DNA from: Xanthobacteraceae bacterium
GTDB lineage: Bacteria > Pseudomonadota > Alphaproteobacteria > Rhizobiales > Xanthobacteraceae
Length of the DNA stretch: 64,000 nt
NCBI GenBank assembly: GCA_035623195.1
Contig: DASPTX010000114.1
Coordinates: 16,293-80,292 of the forward strand
Direction: 5' to 3'
In this document: positions 1 through 10,134 of the stretch, in pieces
Layout of the letters: each line of letters begins with the position of its first letter
Numbering within the stretch: position 1 is the first letter of the stretch
Position numbers and translations under genes: made by a program
Notes under the pieces: model-generated
Database searches by the model: none
What the model saw: only the letters and a program-made list of their open reading frames with translations
Told to the model about the DNA's origin: nothing

Positions 1-868
1 CGAACGGGGCACCCTCGCCGAATTGGCTGTATTCGGTGAGCGGACCGTGCTTGAGACGTTGCTGGTCGCGCAGCTTGACGCGGCACAGGTTCAGCACGCC
101 GTCCTGCATGGCGGCGAGAACACGCTGACCGCGGCCGGTACGCATGCGCTGATAGAGCGCCGCGACGATGCCAAGCGCGAGATGCAGACCCGTGCCCGAA
201 TCGCCGATCTGCGCGCCGGTCACGAGCGGCGGCCCGTCGCGGAAACCGGTCGTCGAGGCGGCGCCGCCGGCGCATTGCGCGACGTTTTCATAGACCTTGC
301 AATCCTCATAGGGGCCGGGGCCGAAGCCCTTCACCGAAGCGACGATCATGCGCGGATTGAGCTTGTGGATGTGTTCCCAAGTCAGCCCCATGCGGTCGAG
401 CGCGCCGGGAGCGAAATTCTCCACCAGCACGTCGCATTGTTTAACCAGACGGTCGAGAATTTCCTTGCCCTTCGGATGCTTGGAATCGATCGTGATCGAG
501 CGCTTGCTGCCGTTGAGCATCGTGAAATAAAGGCTGTCGGCGCCCTTCACGTCGCGCAATTGGCCGCGCGTGATGTCGCCAGTTCCGGGCCGCTCCACCT
601 TGATCACGTCGGCGCCCATATAAGCGAGGAGTTGGGTGCAGGTCGGTCCCGACTGCACATGCGTGAAATCCAAAACCCTCACGCCGTCGAGCGCCCGGCC
701 CGCTTGACCGAACGGCTTCGACGACGGTCGCGGCAACGTCGCCGCTGGTTTGCCGGCCTTTAAATTGACGACCTTGCCGGACGACTTTCTCGCCGCAGCC
801 TTGTTCGCCGCTTTGGATTTCGCTTTCGCGGACTTTTTCGCCGCCTTCATCGCCGCTTTCTTGCGCAT
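1..868 (-). CDS. frc: formyl-CoA transferase (family III CoA-transferase); C-terminus lies beyond window start; carries a ~55-aa Lys/Ala-rich N-terminal extension
   Basis: Own minus-strand translation gives the Frc signature: ...[106 protein letters not shown]... It is absent from the ORF track because it runs off position 1. The only in-frame ATG is at 868, with GGAGAAAG 9 nt upstream, 32 nt after the oxc stop. Confidence 0.85.
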   Translation of the reverse strand, partial: MRKKAAMKAAKKSAKAKSKAANKAAARKSSGKVVNLKAGKPAATLPRPSSKPFGQAGRALDGVRVLDFTHVQSGPTCTQLLAYMGADVIKVERPGTGDITRGQLRDVKGADSLYFTMLNGSKRSITIDSKHPKGKEILDRLVKQCDVLVENFAPGALDRMGLTWEHIHKLNPRMIVASVKGFGPGPYEDCKVYENVAQCAGGAASTTGFRDGPPLVTGAQIGDSGTGLHLALGIVAALYQRMRTGRGQRVLAAMQDGVLNLCRVKLRDQQRLKHGPLTEYSQFGEGAPF

Positions 869-900
869 TGCCACGGACTTTCTCCCAATTCCGATGACGT

Positions 901-2646
901 TCATCTATTTCTATGCACCACGCTTTGCGGATTGAGGTTGCCGATGCGGCCGCTCTCGGTGCCGGCGGCCGGGTCGATCACCGCGTTGATGAGTGTCGGC
1001 TTGCCGGAATCCATGGCGTTGTTGACGGCGCGGCTCAACTCGTCCGGCGTCGTCACATTGACGCCAACACCGCCGAAGGCCTCGATCATCTTGCCGTAGT
1101 GCGCATCTTTGACGAAGACGGTCGGGGCCGGATCGGGACCGCCGGTCGGATTGACGTTGGTCCCGCGATAAATACCGTTGTTGTTGAAGACGACGGTGCA
1201 GACCGGCAGGTTGTAACGGCAGATCGTCTCGACCTCCATGCCCGAGAAACCAAAGGCGCTGTCGCCTTCGACCGCCAGCACGGGTTTGCCGGTCTCGATG
1301 GCGGCGGCAATGGCAAAGCCCATGCCAACGCCCATGACGCCCCAGGTACCCACGTCGAGACGTTTGCGCGGCCGATACATATCGATGATGCCCCGCGCCA
1401 GATCGAGCGTATTGGCGCCCTCGTTGACGAGAATGGCATCGGGCCGCTCCTCGATGACGGTGCGCAGCGCACCGAGAGCGCTGTGAAAGTCCATCGGTGC
1501 TGAATTCTTCATCAGCCGCGGCGCCATCTTGGCGATGTTCTCTTCCTTCTTGGTTCTGACAGTGTTGATCCAGTCCGCCAGCGGCGCCGGCCACTTGCCG
1601 TCAATACCTTCGAGGAGCGCCGCGACGCAGGAGCCGATATCGCCGACCACCGGCGCGGCGATGGCGACATTGCTGTCCATCTCCTTGGGCTCGATGTCGA
1701 TCTGAATGAACGTTTTCGGCCCGCCTTCGCCCCAAGTCTTGCCCTTGCCGTGCGACAGCAGCCAGTTGAGCCGGGCGCCGATGAGCATGACGACGTCGGA
1801 ATCTTTCAAGACGGTCGAGCGCGCCGCGCCCGCGCATTGCGGATGCGTGTCGGGCAAGAGTCCCTTGGCCATGCTCATCGGCAAAAACGGAATGCCGGTC
1901 TTTTCGACCAAGGCCCGGATTGCGTCGTCGGCCTGAGCATAGGCCGCGCCCTTGCCGAGAATGATCAGCGGCCGCTTGGCGCTTTTTAGGACATCGAGCG
2001 CGCGCTTGACGGCGGCTGGAGCGGGAATCTGGGCCGGCGCGGGATCGACGACCTTGACGAGCGACTTGGCGCCGGCCTGCGCGTCCATCACTTGCGAGAA
2101 GAGTTTGGCGGGCAGATCGAGATAGACGCCGCCGGGACGGCCGGAAACCGCCGCGCGGATCGCGCGCGCCACGCCAATGCCGATATCGGCGGCATGCAGC
2201 ACGCGGAAGGCGGCCTTGCAAAGCGGTCTGGCGATGGCGAGCTGGTCCATCTCCTCATAGTCGCCTTGCTGCAAGTCGACGATCTGGCGCTCCGAGGAGC
2301 CGCTGATCAGGATCATCGGGAAGCAGTTTGTCGTGGCGTTGGCCAGCGCCGTGAGGCCGTTGAGAAACCCGGGAGCCGACACGGTGAGACAAACGCCGGG
2401 TTTTTTCGTCAAGAAGCCCGCAATCGCCGCCGCATTGCCGGCATTCTGCTCATGCCGGAACGAAATGACGCGGATGCCCGCAGCCTGCGCCATGCGGCCC
2501 AAATCCGTGATCGGGATGCCGGGCACGCCGTAGATCGTTTCGACGCCGTTGAGCTTGAGCGCATCGATGACGAGGTGAAAGCCGTCCGTTAGATCCTGCT
2601 CTGCCCTGGTGGTTTCGGGTTGCGCCTTCACTGCCGCTTCAGCCAT
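901..2646 (-). CDS. oxc: oxalyl-CoA decarboxylase (thiamine-diphosphate dependent)
   Basis: 581-aa ORF. N-terminal [31 protein letters not shown] and ThDP-binding [31 protein letters not shown]. Lies immediately upstream of frc on the same strand. Confidence 0.9.
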   Translation of the reverse strand: MAEAAVKAQPETTRAEQDLTDGFHLVIDALKLNGVETIYGVPGIPITDLGRMAQAAGIRVISFRHEQNAGNAAAIAGFLTKKPGVCLTVSAPGFLNGLTALANATTNCFPMILISGSSERQIVDLQQGDYEEMDQLAIARPLCKAAFRVLHAADIGIGVARAIRAAVSGRPGGVYLDLPAKLFSQVMDAQAGAKSLVKVVDPAPAQIPAPAAVKRALDVLKSAKRPLIILGKGAAYAQADDAIRALVEKTGIPFLPMSMAKGLLPDTHPQCAGAARSTVLKDSDVVMLIGARLNWLLSHGKGKTWGEGGPKTFIQIDIEPKEMDSNVAIAAPVVGDIGSCVAALLEGIDGKWPAPLADWINTVRTKKEENIAKMAPRLMKNSAPMDFHSALGALRTVIEERPDAILVNEGANTLDLARGIIDMYRPRKRLDVGTWGVMGVGMGFAIAAAIETGKPVLAVEGDSAFGFSGMEVETICRYNLPVCTVVFNNNGIYRGTNVNPTGGPDPAPTVFVKDAHYGKMIEAFGGVGVNVTTPDELSRAVNNAMDSGKPTLINAVIDPAAGTESGRIGNLNPQSVVHRNR

Positions 2647-2688
2647 GGGGAAACTCCGTGCGTCTTAAGTCGTGATTCCTGAACATTC

Positions 2689-3495
2689 TCAGTCCAAATA
2701 GTCCGCGTATTGCGCGACATGCTCGGCAAGACCGAGCGCGTGATCACGCACCAATGTCTCTGCGCGAACGGTATCGCGCGCCTCGAGCGCTTCGATGATA
2801 TGCATGTGATCGCGGATCGAACGGTCGGCGCGGTCTTTTTCGCCGATCGTTTTTCTGCGGATCATCCGCATATGGGTGAACAGATTCTCGGCAAGCTCAA
2901 CGAGCACGGTGTTGCGGCTCAGCCGAATGATGGTCTGGTGGAATTCGATATTGATTTCCGAATATTCGTCGAGATGGGCGCGCACTTGCCCGTTCTCGAA
3001 CGTGGCGAACATTCGGCGAAGCGAAGCGATCTCCTCGTTCGTTGCGGTCGCGGTGATGAGCCGGGCCGCCATGCTTTCCAGCGCAGCCCAGGCGGCGATC
3101 AGATCGATCACCTCGCGCTTGGTCTTGCGCACCACATAGACGCCGCGGCGCGGCACCGAACGCACGAAGCCCTCGCGCTCGAGCTGCGCCATCGCTTCGC
3201 GCACCGGAGTGCGGCTGATGCCGAATTCTTCGGCGAGGCTACGCTCGTCGAGACGGATTTCGGCCGGGCTGCCATAGACATCCATGCCGATGATGACGGA
3301 TTTGAGCGCGGCATAAGCTTTGTTCTTAAAACTGAAAGTGGTGTCGATCGGCGCGAGGCGCGGTCGCGCGGCGGCATCGGGCGTCATCGCATCATTGGCC
3401 GGCCGGTCGCTCTTGGCGCTGCGCTGTCCGCCGGCCTTGTTACCTGCCTTGTTGCCGATCTTGGCGACCGAGAAACGATGCACACCGGAAGACAT
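2689..3495 (-). CDS. GntR-family transcriptional regulator (FadR/FCD subfamily)
   Basis: Winged-helix segment LAEEFGISRTPVREAMAQLEREGFVRSVPRRGVYV followed by an all-helical C-domain. The first ~45 aa are low-complexity (AGNKAGNKAGG). Alternative ATG at 3387. Confidence 0.85.
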   Translation of the reverse strand: MSSGVHRFSVAKIGNKAGNKAGGQRSAKSDRPANDAMTPDAAARPRLAPIDTTFSFKNKAYAALKSVIIGMDVYGSPAEIRLDERSLAEEFGISRTPVREAMAQLEREGFVRSVPRRGVYVVRKTKREVIDLIAAWAALESMAARLITATATNEEIASLRRMFATFENGQVRAHLDEYSEINIEFHQTIIRLSRNTVLVELAENLFTHMRMIRRKTIGEKDRADRSIRDHMHIIEALEARDTVRAETLVRDHALGLAEHVAQYADYLD

Positions 3496-3556
3496 TATAG
3501 AGACGCTCGTAGCGGAGGACGCTTCGCAACCCTGCGGGGACGCGGTCTAGTTATTT

Positions 3557-3637
3557 GATGAGGCATGATCTTTTTCGGAAAACCGGTTTCCAACCCGGAT
3601 CAAAGTCCGGGGCAGGCTTTTTCCGGATCATGCCCTA
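3557..3637. repeat. REP/mosaic palindromic element, long form (copy A)
   Basis: GATGAGGCATGATCTTTTTCGGAAAACCGGTTTCCAACCCGGATCAAAGTCCGGGGCAGGCTTTTTCCGGATCATGCCCTA. Terminal inverted arms GGCATGATC / GATCATGCC. Confidence 0.9.
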
Positions 3638-3676
3638 GGCCGCGTTTCGAGCGGTACCCATAGCGCACTATAATAC

Positions 3677-3685
3677 ATTATACCA
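3677..3685 (-). promoter_or_regulatory. extended -10 element TGGTATAAT pointing towards the gntR-oxc-frc side
   Basis: Part of the palindrome TATAATACATTATA (3669-3682), which gives a TATAAT on each strand. Confidence 0.3.
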
Positions 3686-3837
3686 GAGCGGAAAGGCCGC
3701 ATTTTCCGGCATTTTCCCGCCATTTCCGGCTGGCCATGAAGAAGGGCGCTGGGACACACGCCCACGCCCTAAAGATACCCGCCAGTTCCCCTGGAACGCA
3801 GTCGGTTCAAACCAAATCGATTCTGACTCTGGGCTTT

Positions 3838-3918
3838 TGATGGGGCATGATCTTTTCGGAAAACCAGTTTCCACCCCGGATCAAAATCCGGGGCAGGCTT
3901 TTTCCGGATCATGCCCTA
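3838..3918. repeat. REP element, long form (copy B)
   Basis: Near-identical to copy A, same orientation, ending 2 nt before the oxlT stop codon. Confidence 0.9.
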
Positions 3919-3920
3919 GA

Positions 3921-5189
3921 TCAGGACCGCTTCATGGCGCGTGCCCGCATCGGCTTGAGTACGAACAGCGCCAAGCCGACGACCACGAAGTTCATTAGCG
4001 CGGTGACGACGAACACCATGTGCCAACCGCCTGTCGACGATTTGATCAAGTTCGCGACCGGCACCAGGAAGGCCGATGTTCCCTTGGCGGTATACAGCAG
4101 GCTCAAATTCACCGTCGCGAATTGCGGACCGAATGTGTCGGTGCAAGTGGAGGGGAACAGGCTGAAAATTTCGCCCCAGGTGAGGAAGATCAGTGCGGCA
4201 AAGAGCACGAAGGCCCAGGGCGCCGTTCCCAGCGAACCCAAAAGCCAATAGGACAGCCCGCCGAGGCCGAACGCGATCGCCATGGTGAGTTCGCGTCCGA
4301 TCGAATCCGAAATCCAACCGAACAAAGGCCGCGCAGCGCCGTTGGCGAGATTGTCGATGATCAGCGCCGCGGTCAGCGTGGTCGCGCCCCAGAATACGAT
4401 TTCGTTGCCGACCTTGAAATCGGCTGCGATCGGCGCGATCTGTGCGGTCGCCATTAGTCCGCTTGCCGATACCATCACGAACATAATGTAGAGGAGCCAG
4501 AACACCGGCGAGGCGAGAACTTGCTGCGGCGAGAAGCTCTTGGCTGACTGCGCGACTTTGGGCGCGGGCGCCGCGGCCATCTCGCCCGGTTCCGGCCCGC
4601 GCAGCAACACGGCGAGCAAAAGGAGAATGCCGCCCTGCACGATGCCGAACCAGAAGAATGCGGTGTTGTAATCGAAATTGTCGATGACATAGCGGATCGG
4701 GATAATGGTAAGCGCGGCGCCCGCGCCATAGCCGGCCGCGGTCAAGCCGACCGCGAGACCGCGCCGGTCCGGGAACCATTTGACCGCCATGCCGACGCAG
4801 GTCGCGTAAACCGCGCCGCCGCCGACCCCGGAGATAACGGCGCCGAGATAGAGCATTTCAAGCGAGGTGGCATAGGCATTGACGACCCAGCCGAGCGCGA
4901 CGGCGATGCCGCCGAAACTCACCATGATTTTTGGTCCGCGTTGCGGGCCGAGAATATCGACGATCCAACCCTCGATCGGCGTGAGCCACGTTTCCAGAGC
5001 GATGAAAAGCGCAAACGCAAATTGGATCGAAGCGATCGACCAGCCATGCGCCTTGTTCATCGGATTGACGAACAGCGTCCAGCCATATTGCAGATTGGCG
5101 ATCATCACCATGCAGGTGACGCAGATCGCGAGATAGCCCCAGCGCGCCGAACGCGCTTCGGCGCGGGTGATCGTCGTTGCCACAGTCAT
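3921..5189 (-). CDS. oxlT: MFS transporter, oxalate/formate antiporter family
   Basis: 422 aa with 12 predicted TM segments. N-terminal RWGYLAICVTCMVMIANLQYGWTLFVNPM is typical of OxlT-type antiporters. Neighbours oxc/frc. Confidence 0.8.
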   Translation of the reverse strand: MTVATTITRAEARSARWGYLAICVTCMVMIANLQYGWTLFVNPMNKAHGWSIASIQFAFALFIALETWLTPIEGWIVDILGPQRGPKIMVSFGGIAVALGWVVNAYATSLEMLYLGAVISGVGGGAVYATCVGMAVKWFPDRRGLAVGLTAAGYGAGAALTIIPIRYVIDNFDYNTAFFWFGIVQGGILLLLAVLLRGPEPGEMAAAPAPKVAQSAKSFSPQQVLASPVFWLLYIMFVMVSASGLMATAQIAPIAADFKVGNEIVFWGATTLTAALIIDNLANGAARPLFGWISDSIGRELTMAIAFGLGGLSYWLLGSLGTAPWAFVLFAALIFLTWGEIFSLFPSTCTDTFGPQFATVNLSLLYTAKGTSAFLVPVANLIKSSTGGWHMVFVVTALMNFVVVGLALFVLKPMRARAMKRS

Positions 5190-5472
5190 GAGCGTTTCGT
5201 CCCCACGAGATTCTTATCGCGGTTATTTTTAGTTGCGGGCGGATTCGCCGCCAAGTTCAAAGTTTGTCATGGGAGTCTTGACGCACGCGCGTGGCTAAAC
5301 GCCGCAACCGTTAATAATGCGCAAACACGTTGAAGCCCGGTCCATTCCCGGTTGGTGCAATGCGAAATGAACCGGCCCGCGGAACAAGCCGCTCCACTCC
5401 CGAGGTGTTTGGTGCAGTGCCATAACCGGCGAAGGATGGCTCGCCCGTATAAGACATATATAATGTGTCGGG

Positions 5473-7134
5473 ATGCCCGAGCCGGGATCATGGCGCGCGA
5501 TGTACGAGGTTACGAACCAGCCTCCGCCGCTTGAGCCATACAACCTTCTGCAAACCGACCGTGTGCTGCGCGAAGCTTTGTTGCGCGAGCATGCCGGGTG
5601 GGCCGAGAGCGAACTGGCGGCACTCGGCAAGACCCTCGGTGAAACAGAAACTATCCGGCTCGGTTTCGACGCCAATAGAAATCCGCCGCTCCTTCGCGCG
5701 TTCGACCGTTACGGCCATCGCATCGACGAAGTCGAATTCCATCCGGCTTGGCATGCGCTGATGGCGATCGCCGTCGAAGCGGGCCTGCACGCGAACCCCT
5801 GGGCACAGCCGCGGCCCGGAGCGCATGTGGCGCGCGCCGCCGGGACCTACATGCTGGCGCAGGTCGAGAGCGGCGTGTACTGCCCCATCGCGATGACCTA
5901 TGGCGCGGTGCCCGCGTTGCGCCACGCTCCGGCACTGGCCGCCGAATGGCTGCCGCGCATCTTCGCGCGCCAATACGATCCGCGTTTCCGTCCGGCGCGG
6001 GAAAAAACCGGCGTTTTGATCGGGATGGCCATGACCGAAAATCAGGGCGGGTCGGATTTGCGGACCAACACGACGCACGCCGCGTTCGTCGGGGACGACG
6101 GACCGCGCCGGCTGTTCCGCTTGAGTGGACGCAAGTGGTTCATGTCGGCGCCGATGTGCGATGCTTTTTTGGTGCTGGCGCAGTCGCAAGGCGGCTTGAG
6201 CTGCTTTCTCGCGCCGCGCTGGACGCGCGACGGTAAACGCAACGCAATCTATATCGAACGTCTGAAGGACAAGCTCGGCAACCGCTCCAATGCGTCGAGC
6301 GAAGTTGAATTCGCCGACACAGAAGCTGAATTGATCGGCGAAGAAGGCCGCGGCATCCCGACGATCATCGAGATGAGCACCTATGCCAGGCTCGACTGCG
6401 CCATCGGCTCGTCGGGCCTGATGCGCCAAGCCGTGGCGCAGGCGATCCATCACGCTTCGTATCGCGTGGCATTCCAGAAAAAGCTGATCGACCAGAGCCT
6501 GATGACCAATGTGCTGGCCGATCTCGCATTGGAATCCGAAGCCGCCACGGTGCTGACGATGCGCTTGGCGCGCGCCTATGACGAAAACGACGGGGCCGCC
6601 CAGATTTGGCGGCGCGTTCTGACGCCCGCCGTAAAATTCTGGATCTGCAAGCGCGCGGTGCCGCTGGTGGCGGAAGCGTTGGAGGTGCTTGGCGGCAACG
6701 GCTATGTGGAGGAATGCGTGATGCCGCGCCTTTATCGCGAGACGCCGGTGAACTCGATCTGGGAAGGATCCGGCAACGTCATGTGTCTCGATGTGCTCCG
6801 CGCGATGGAGCGGACGCCGGGCGCGGCCGAACTCGTGTCGCGGGAACTCGCCGAGAGCGCGCGGGCCGACAAGCGCCTGCGGACCGCCGCCGCGCGTTTG
6901 GAGCGACGGTTGACAGCGCGCGAGCGCAACGATGAGTCGCAAGCGCGCGCCATCGTGCGCGATCTTGTCTTGGCCATGCAGGCGACGCTTCTGCTCCGGC
7001 ATGCGCCGGCGGCGATCGCCGACGCGTTCTGTGCATCGCGCTTGGGCGACGAACCGAGTGGCGCCTTCGGTCTGCTGCCGGCCGGCAGCGATCTTCGAGC
7101 GATCGTCGATCGCGCCGCGCCAAACCCACAGTAA
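5473..7134 (+). CDS. acyl-CoA dehydrogenase family protein, AidB-like
   Basis: 553 aa. N-terminal YEVTNQPPPLEPYNLLQTDRVLREAL resembles AidB. Central MTENQGGSDLRTNTT and C-terminal GGNGYVEE acyl-CoA dehydrogenase motifs. Alternative ATG at 5500. Confidence 0.8.
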   Translation: MPEPGSWRAMYEVTNQPPPLEPYNLLQTDRVLREALLREHAGWAESELAALGKTLGETETIRLGFDANRNPPLLRAFDRYGHRIDEVEFHPAWHALMAIAVEAGLHANPWAQPRPGAHVARAAGTYMLAQVESGVYCPIAMTYGAVPALRHAPALAAEWLPRIFARQYDPRFRPAREKTGVLIGMAMTENQGGSDLRTNTTHAAFVGDDGPRRLFRLSGRKWFMSAPMCDAFLVLAQSQGGLSCFLAPRWTRDGKRNAIYIERLKDKLGNRSNASSEVEFADTEAELIGEEGRGIPTIIEMSTYARLDCAIGSSGLMRQAVAQAIHHASYRVAFQKKLIDQSLMTNVLADLALESEAATVLTMRLARAYDENDGAAQIWRRVLTPAVKFWICKRAVPLVAEALEVLGGNGYVEECVMPRLYRETPVNSIWEGSGNVMCLDVLRAMERTPGAAELVSRELAESARADKRLRTAAARLERRLTARERNDESQARAIVRDLVLAMQATLLLRHAPAAIADAFCASRLGDEPSGAFGLLPAGSDLRAIVDRAAPNPQ

Positions 7135-7137
7135 CGG

Positions 7138-7163
7138 CGAGGCTTTTTCCGGATCATGCCCTA
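7138..7163. repeat. REP element, right half only (copy C)
   Basis: GCGAGGCTTTTTCCGGATCATGCCCTA between two convergent stops. Its last three bases are the TAG stop of ORF 7161-7442. Confidence 0.8.
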
Positions 7164-7442
7164 ATGCCTTGCCGCCGAGCCGGTCGCGTCTTCCTCGCGG
7201 AACTCGCCGTCGTACGCCATGATGTCGCGCATCAACTGCTCGATCATTTGCTGCCGGTTTGCCGCGGTCTGAGCGCTCGTGAACTCCGCCACCAACTTTG
7301 CGATCGCGCTAAGCACTTCATCGGTGTCGATCGTATCCGGTTCGCTTCCGGCCACGGGATTTTCAGCGAAAAAATCATCGACCAATTCGACCATCATGCA
7401 ATGCAGGCATGGGCGCTCGTTTGCTGCTTCGTCTTCGGGCAT
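7161..7442 (-). CDS. hypothetical acidic protein (93 aa)
   Basis: ORF with GAGAGGA Shine-Dalgarno 7 nt upstream of the ATG and GC-rich third positions. No family recognised. Its TAG stop lies inside a REP half-copy. Confidence 0.45.
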   Translation of the reverse strand: MPEDEAANERPCLHCMMVELVDDFFAENPVAGSEPDTIDTDEVLSAIAKLVAEFTSAQTAANRQQMIEQLMRDIMAYDGEFREEDATGSAARH

Positions 7443-7667
7443 GAACGCTATCCTCTCGGCCTCGGTGTAGTAGCATATTAGGTAATTACCAGACTTGGAA
7501 AATCGACACTGCGTTCGCCGGATCGGAGGGGAACGCGGAAGTTCGACCTGGCAGCGGAAGTCTTTTAAGACCTGGAGCGCGATCTTTTCAAACCGGGTCG
7601 ATCGCCACTCTAGGAGCGCCTACTCACCGGAACCGGCAAAGGCGAGTTGTTTGTCCAGTCGCCGGTC

Positions 7668-8015
7668 TTACGCCATGGTATCGAGGCGCGTCCGCGCATG
7701 CTGGCGCTCGGCGCGGTACTGGGCCAATCGGCGCAAGAGATCGCCGTATTTCGAGCCCGCGAGGCGCCGCGCCACGGAACCCAGCGCAGTGCCGAGGAAG
7801 TGCTGGAACAGTTCGTCCTCCAGCGAAACGATGGCCTCGACCGAACCCGGATTGCCCTGGCGGGCGCATCGGCCGAACAGCTGCCGATCGATGCGCGCGG
7901 AATCGTGGAATTCGGTCAAAATGACGTGCAGCCCGCCGGCTTCCACGACCTCGGGCCCAAGCTCCGCTGCCCCAATGCAGCTGGCGCGGCTGGTGCGACT
8001 CGCGCAACTTCGCAA
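7668..8015 (-). CDS. hypothetical protein, start uncertain (track start is TTG)
   Basis: Third-codon positions are strongly G/C on the minus frame, so this strand is the coding one. It lies 41 nt downstream of the ABC exporter stop. No family recognised. Confidence 0.35.
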   Translation of the reverse strand: MRSCASRTSRASCIGAAELGPEVVEAGGLHVILTEFHDSARIDRQLFGRCARQGNPGSVEAIVSLEDELFQHFLGTALGSVARRLAGSKYGDLLRRLAQYRAERQHARTRLDTMA

Positions 8016-8056
8016 CGCCGGCTCAGAAGAGCCAAATTCCGCGCCGTGATCTTCGC

Positions 8057-9847
8057 TTACGCGGCCTGTTGCGCCAGCCGATCCATTTCGCGTTGCACCA
8101 GTTGGCGATAGAGGCCGTCGCGACGCATGAGAAGGTCCGGCGGTCCGTCCTGAACGACCCGGCCGGCTTGCAGGACGACGATACGATCGAAATTGCGGAC
8201 GGTCGAAAGCCGGTGCGCAATGGCGATCACAGTGCGCCGGGCCATCAGCCGCGTCAGAGCCCGGCGGATGGCCTCCTCGGACTCGCTGTCGAGTGCGGAA
8301 GTCGCTTCATCGAGCAGCAGGAGCGGAGCATCTTTGAGGAACGCTCGAGCGACAGCGATGCGTTGACGCTGTCCGCCGGAGAGTCTGACGCCGCGCTCGC
8401 CGACGATCGTTCGCATGCCCTGCGGCAACCGCTCGATAAAGTCGCAGCGCGCCGCGATGGCGGCCTGCATCACTTCGTCGTCGGTCGCTTCGGGTCGCCC
8501 ATAGCGGATATTTTCCATCACCGAGCGATGGAACATCGAAATGTCCTGCGGTACGACGCCGATGGCGTCGCGTAAGCTCTCCTGGGTGACCCGCGCGATA
8601 TTTTGGCCGTCGAGCAGAATCTGCCCGGCCTGAATATCGTAGAAGCGCTGCAACAGCGCGAACAATGTCGACTTGCCGCCGCCGGAATGACCGACGAGTC
8701 CGACCCGCTCGCCGGGCATCAAATTCAGCGAGAAATTCTGGAATATTTGTTGACCGTCGGGATAAGTGAATTCGACACGGTCGAACTTGACGCTGGCGCC
8801 GCGTCGCACCAGCGGCTCGGCTTCGGGATGGTCGTTCAATTCATGCGGCACCAATAGCGTCGCCAAGGCCTCCGCCAAACGCGCAATATGCTGCGTTATG
8901 TCCACCAGCGCCACCGCGAGGTCGCGTGTCGCGTTGAGCACCGAGAGCGCGAGCGTGCAGGCAAGCACGACGTCGCCGGCCGTCGCTTCATCGCGCTGCC
9001 ACAGCATGATCGCCCAAGCGACCAGGCCGAGCGTCAGCACTACCGTCAAGACGGCATGAAAAATGCGGAGCTTTTCCAGATAAAAAAGACTTCGCCGCCG
9101 CGACTCCATTTCGCGATTGACCGTCGCGTCGAAACGGCGGCGCTCCCGCAGAAAACCGCCGAAAGCGCGCACCAGCGGCATATTGCCGATAACGTCGACC
9201 ATCTCGCCATCGACGGCCGCCGTGTTGCGGGCGAATTCGTGGTGCAGCGGTCGGCCGGCGGCGGCGAGGCGGAACATCACACAGACCATGATTCCCGCTA
9301 CGAGTGCGAGAGTGCCTGCCATGGGCAAACTGATCGTGAGCGCCAAGACGATCGCCGCGATCGTCGCCGCGCATGGCGGCAGGACGTTCCACATGAACAT
9401 ATTTTCGGCGGTGAATACGGCATTGGATGTCGCCGTCACCCGGCTCGTCAGCATGCCCGGCAGGCGCTCGGCGAAGTAACTCGGCGAGTGCCCCATTAAA
9501 TGGCTGAACAGATCGCGGCGCAAATCGCCGGTGACGCCGACGAAAGCGTAGTTGGCGATCCAGGAGGCGACGCGCCACAGCAGATTATCGGCGGCGATCA
9601 GCGAGCCGAGCAGCAAAAACGCCGCCCAGGCGGCGGCGCTGGTGCCGGCGGCAAGCGTATCGACCAGGAACTTTATGCCGTATTGCGTGCCGACCGAGCA
9701 TGCCACGGCCGCGAGCACCGCGCCGAGAATGACCGCGTGGGAAACTGGGCGCAAACGGACATAACGAAAAACAAAGCCGAGCGGAGAGGCGGCATAGCCC
9801 GTAAGTTCCGTCATGCGCTGTGCTATCTCCACCCGGGACGTTTGCAA
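8057..9847 (-). CDS. ABC transporter, fused permease/ATP-binding exporter (MsbA-like type)
   Basis: Six-TM N-domain. Walker [10 protein letters not shown], signature [14 protein letters not shown], Walker [13 protein letters not shown]. The track start is TTG; ATG at 9814 (MTELTGY...) is the likelier start. Confidence 0.9.
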   Translation of the reverse strand: MQTSRVEIAQRMTELTGYAASPLGFVFRYVRLRPVSHAVILGAVLAAVACSVGTQYGIKFLVDTLAAGTSAAAWAAFLLLGSLIAADNLLWRVASWIANYAFVGVTGDLRRDLFSHLMGHSPSYFAERLPGMLTSRVTATSNAVFTAENMFMWNVLPPCAATIAAIVLALTISLPMAGTLALVAGIMVCVMFRLAAAGRPLHHEFARNTAAVDGEMVDVIGNMPLVRAFGGFLRERRRFDATVNREMESRRRSLFYLEKLRIFHAVLTVVLTLGLVAWAIMLWQRDEATAGDVVLACTLALSVLNATRDLAVALVDITQHIARLAEALATLLVPHELNDHPEAEPLVRRGASVKFDRVEFTYPDGQQIFQNFSLNLMPGERVGLVGHSGGGKSTLFALLQRFYDIQAGQILLDGQNIARVTQESLRDAIGVVPQDISMFHRSVMENIRYGRPEATDDEVMQAAIAARCDFIERLPQGMRTIVGERGVRLSGGQRQRIAVARAFLKDAPLLLLDEATSALDSESEEAIRRALTRLMARRTVIAIAHRLSTVRNFDRIVVLQAGRVVQDGPPDLLMRRDGLYRQLVQREMDRLAQQAA

Positions 9848-9883
9848 GTCCGCGCCATCGGCGGCTCTTTCATCCCCACGCTC

Positions 9884-9908
9884 AACGAGCGCGGACCCGC
9901 CATGTTCC
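9884..9908 (-). promoter_or_regulatory. sigma-EcfG-type promoter motif GGAAC-N16-CGTT upstream of the ABC exporter
   Basis: Minus strand GGAACATGGCGGGTCCGCGCTCGTT. All nine consensus bases match. 36 nt upstream of the ORF start. Confidence 0.6.
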
Positions 9909-10134
9909 GCCGGCGTCGATGCACCGGCATCAACATTCGCCGCAATTTGTTACGGGCCGCCGACGCTGCAATGGTTTCGGGCTTTGTATGTCGTTGTTAA
10001 TGCAACCGGAGCGGCAAAAGTTCCCGAAAGCTGGAAAAATTAAGTTCCCTCCATAAATCGAAATATTTTGCGATTGCGACGTTGTCGGTAGTCGTTCGGG
10101 TGAGGACTCCATCGAACACGCAAAGGACTTTTAG

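Noticed and set aside
23-763. 246-aa plus-strand ORF (and the ORFs at 348-530 and 750-935)
   Set aside because: It is antisense to the clearly recognisable frc coding sequence. It is Arg/Ala-rich with no family signature, and is a typical high-GC shadow ORF.
5488-7002. 504-aa minus-strand ORF
   Set aside because: It is antisense to the AidB-like acyl-CoA dehydrogenase and has an extreme Arg/Ala/Gly composition. The same reasoning applies to the long shadow or out-of-frame ORFs 3916-4779, 11147-12358, 19607-20836, 22807-24015, 24135-25304, 25832-26830, 27752-29056, 28861-29835, 31887-33275, 33938-34717, 35362-36357, 37146-38102, 60459-61544, 61765-62565 and 62457-63599.
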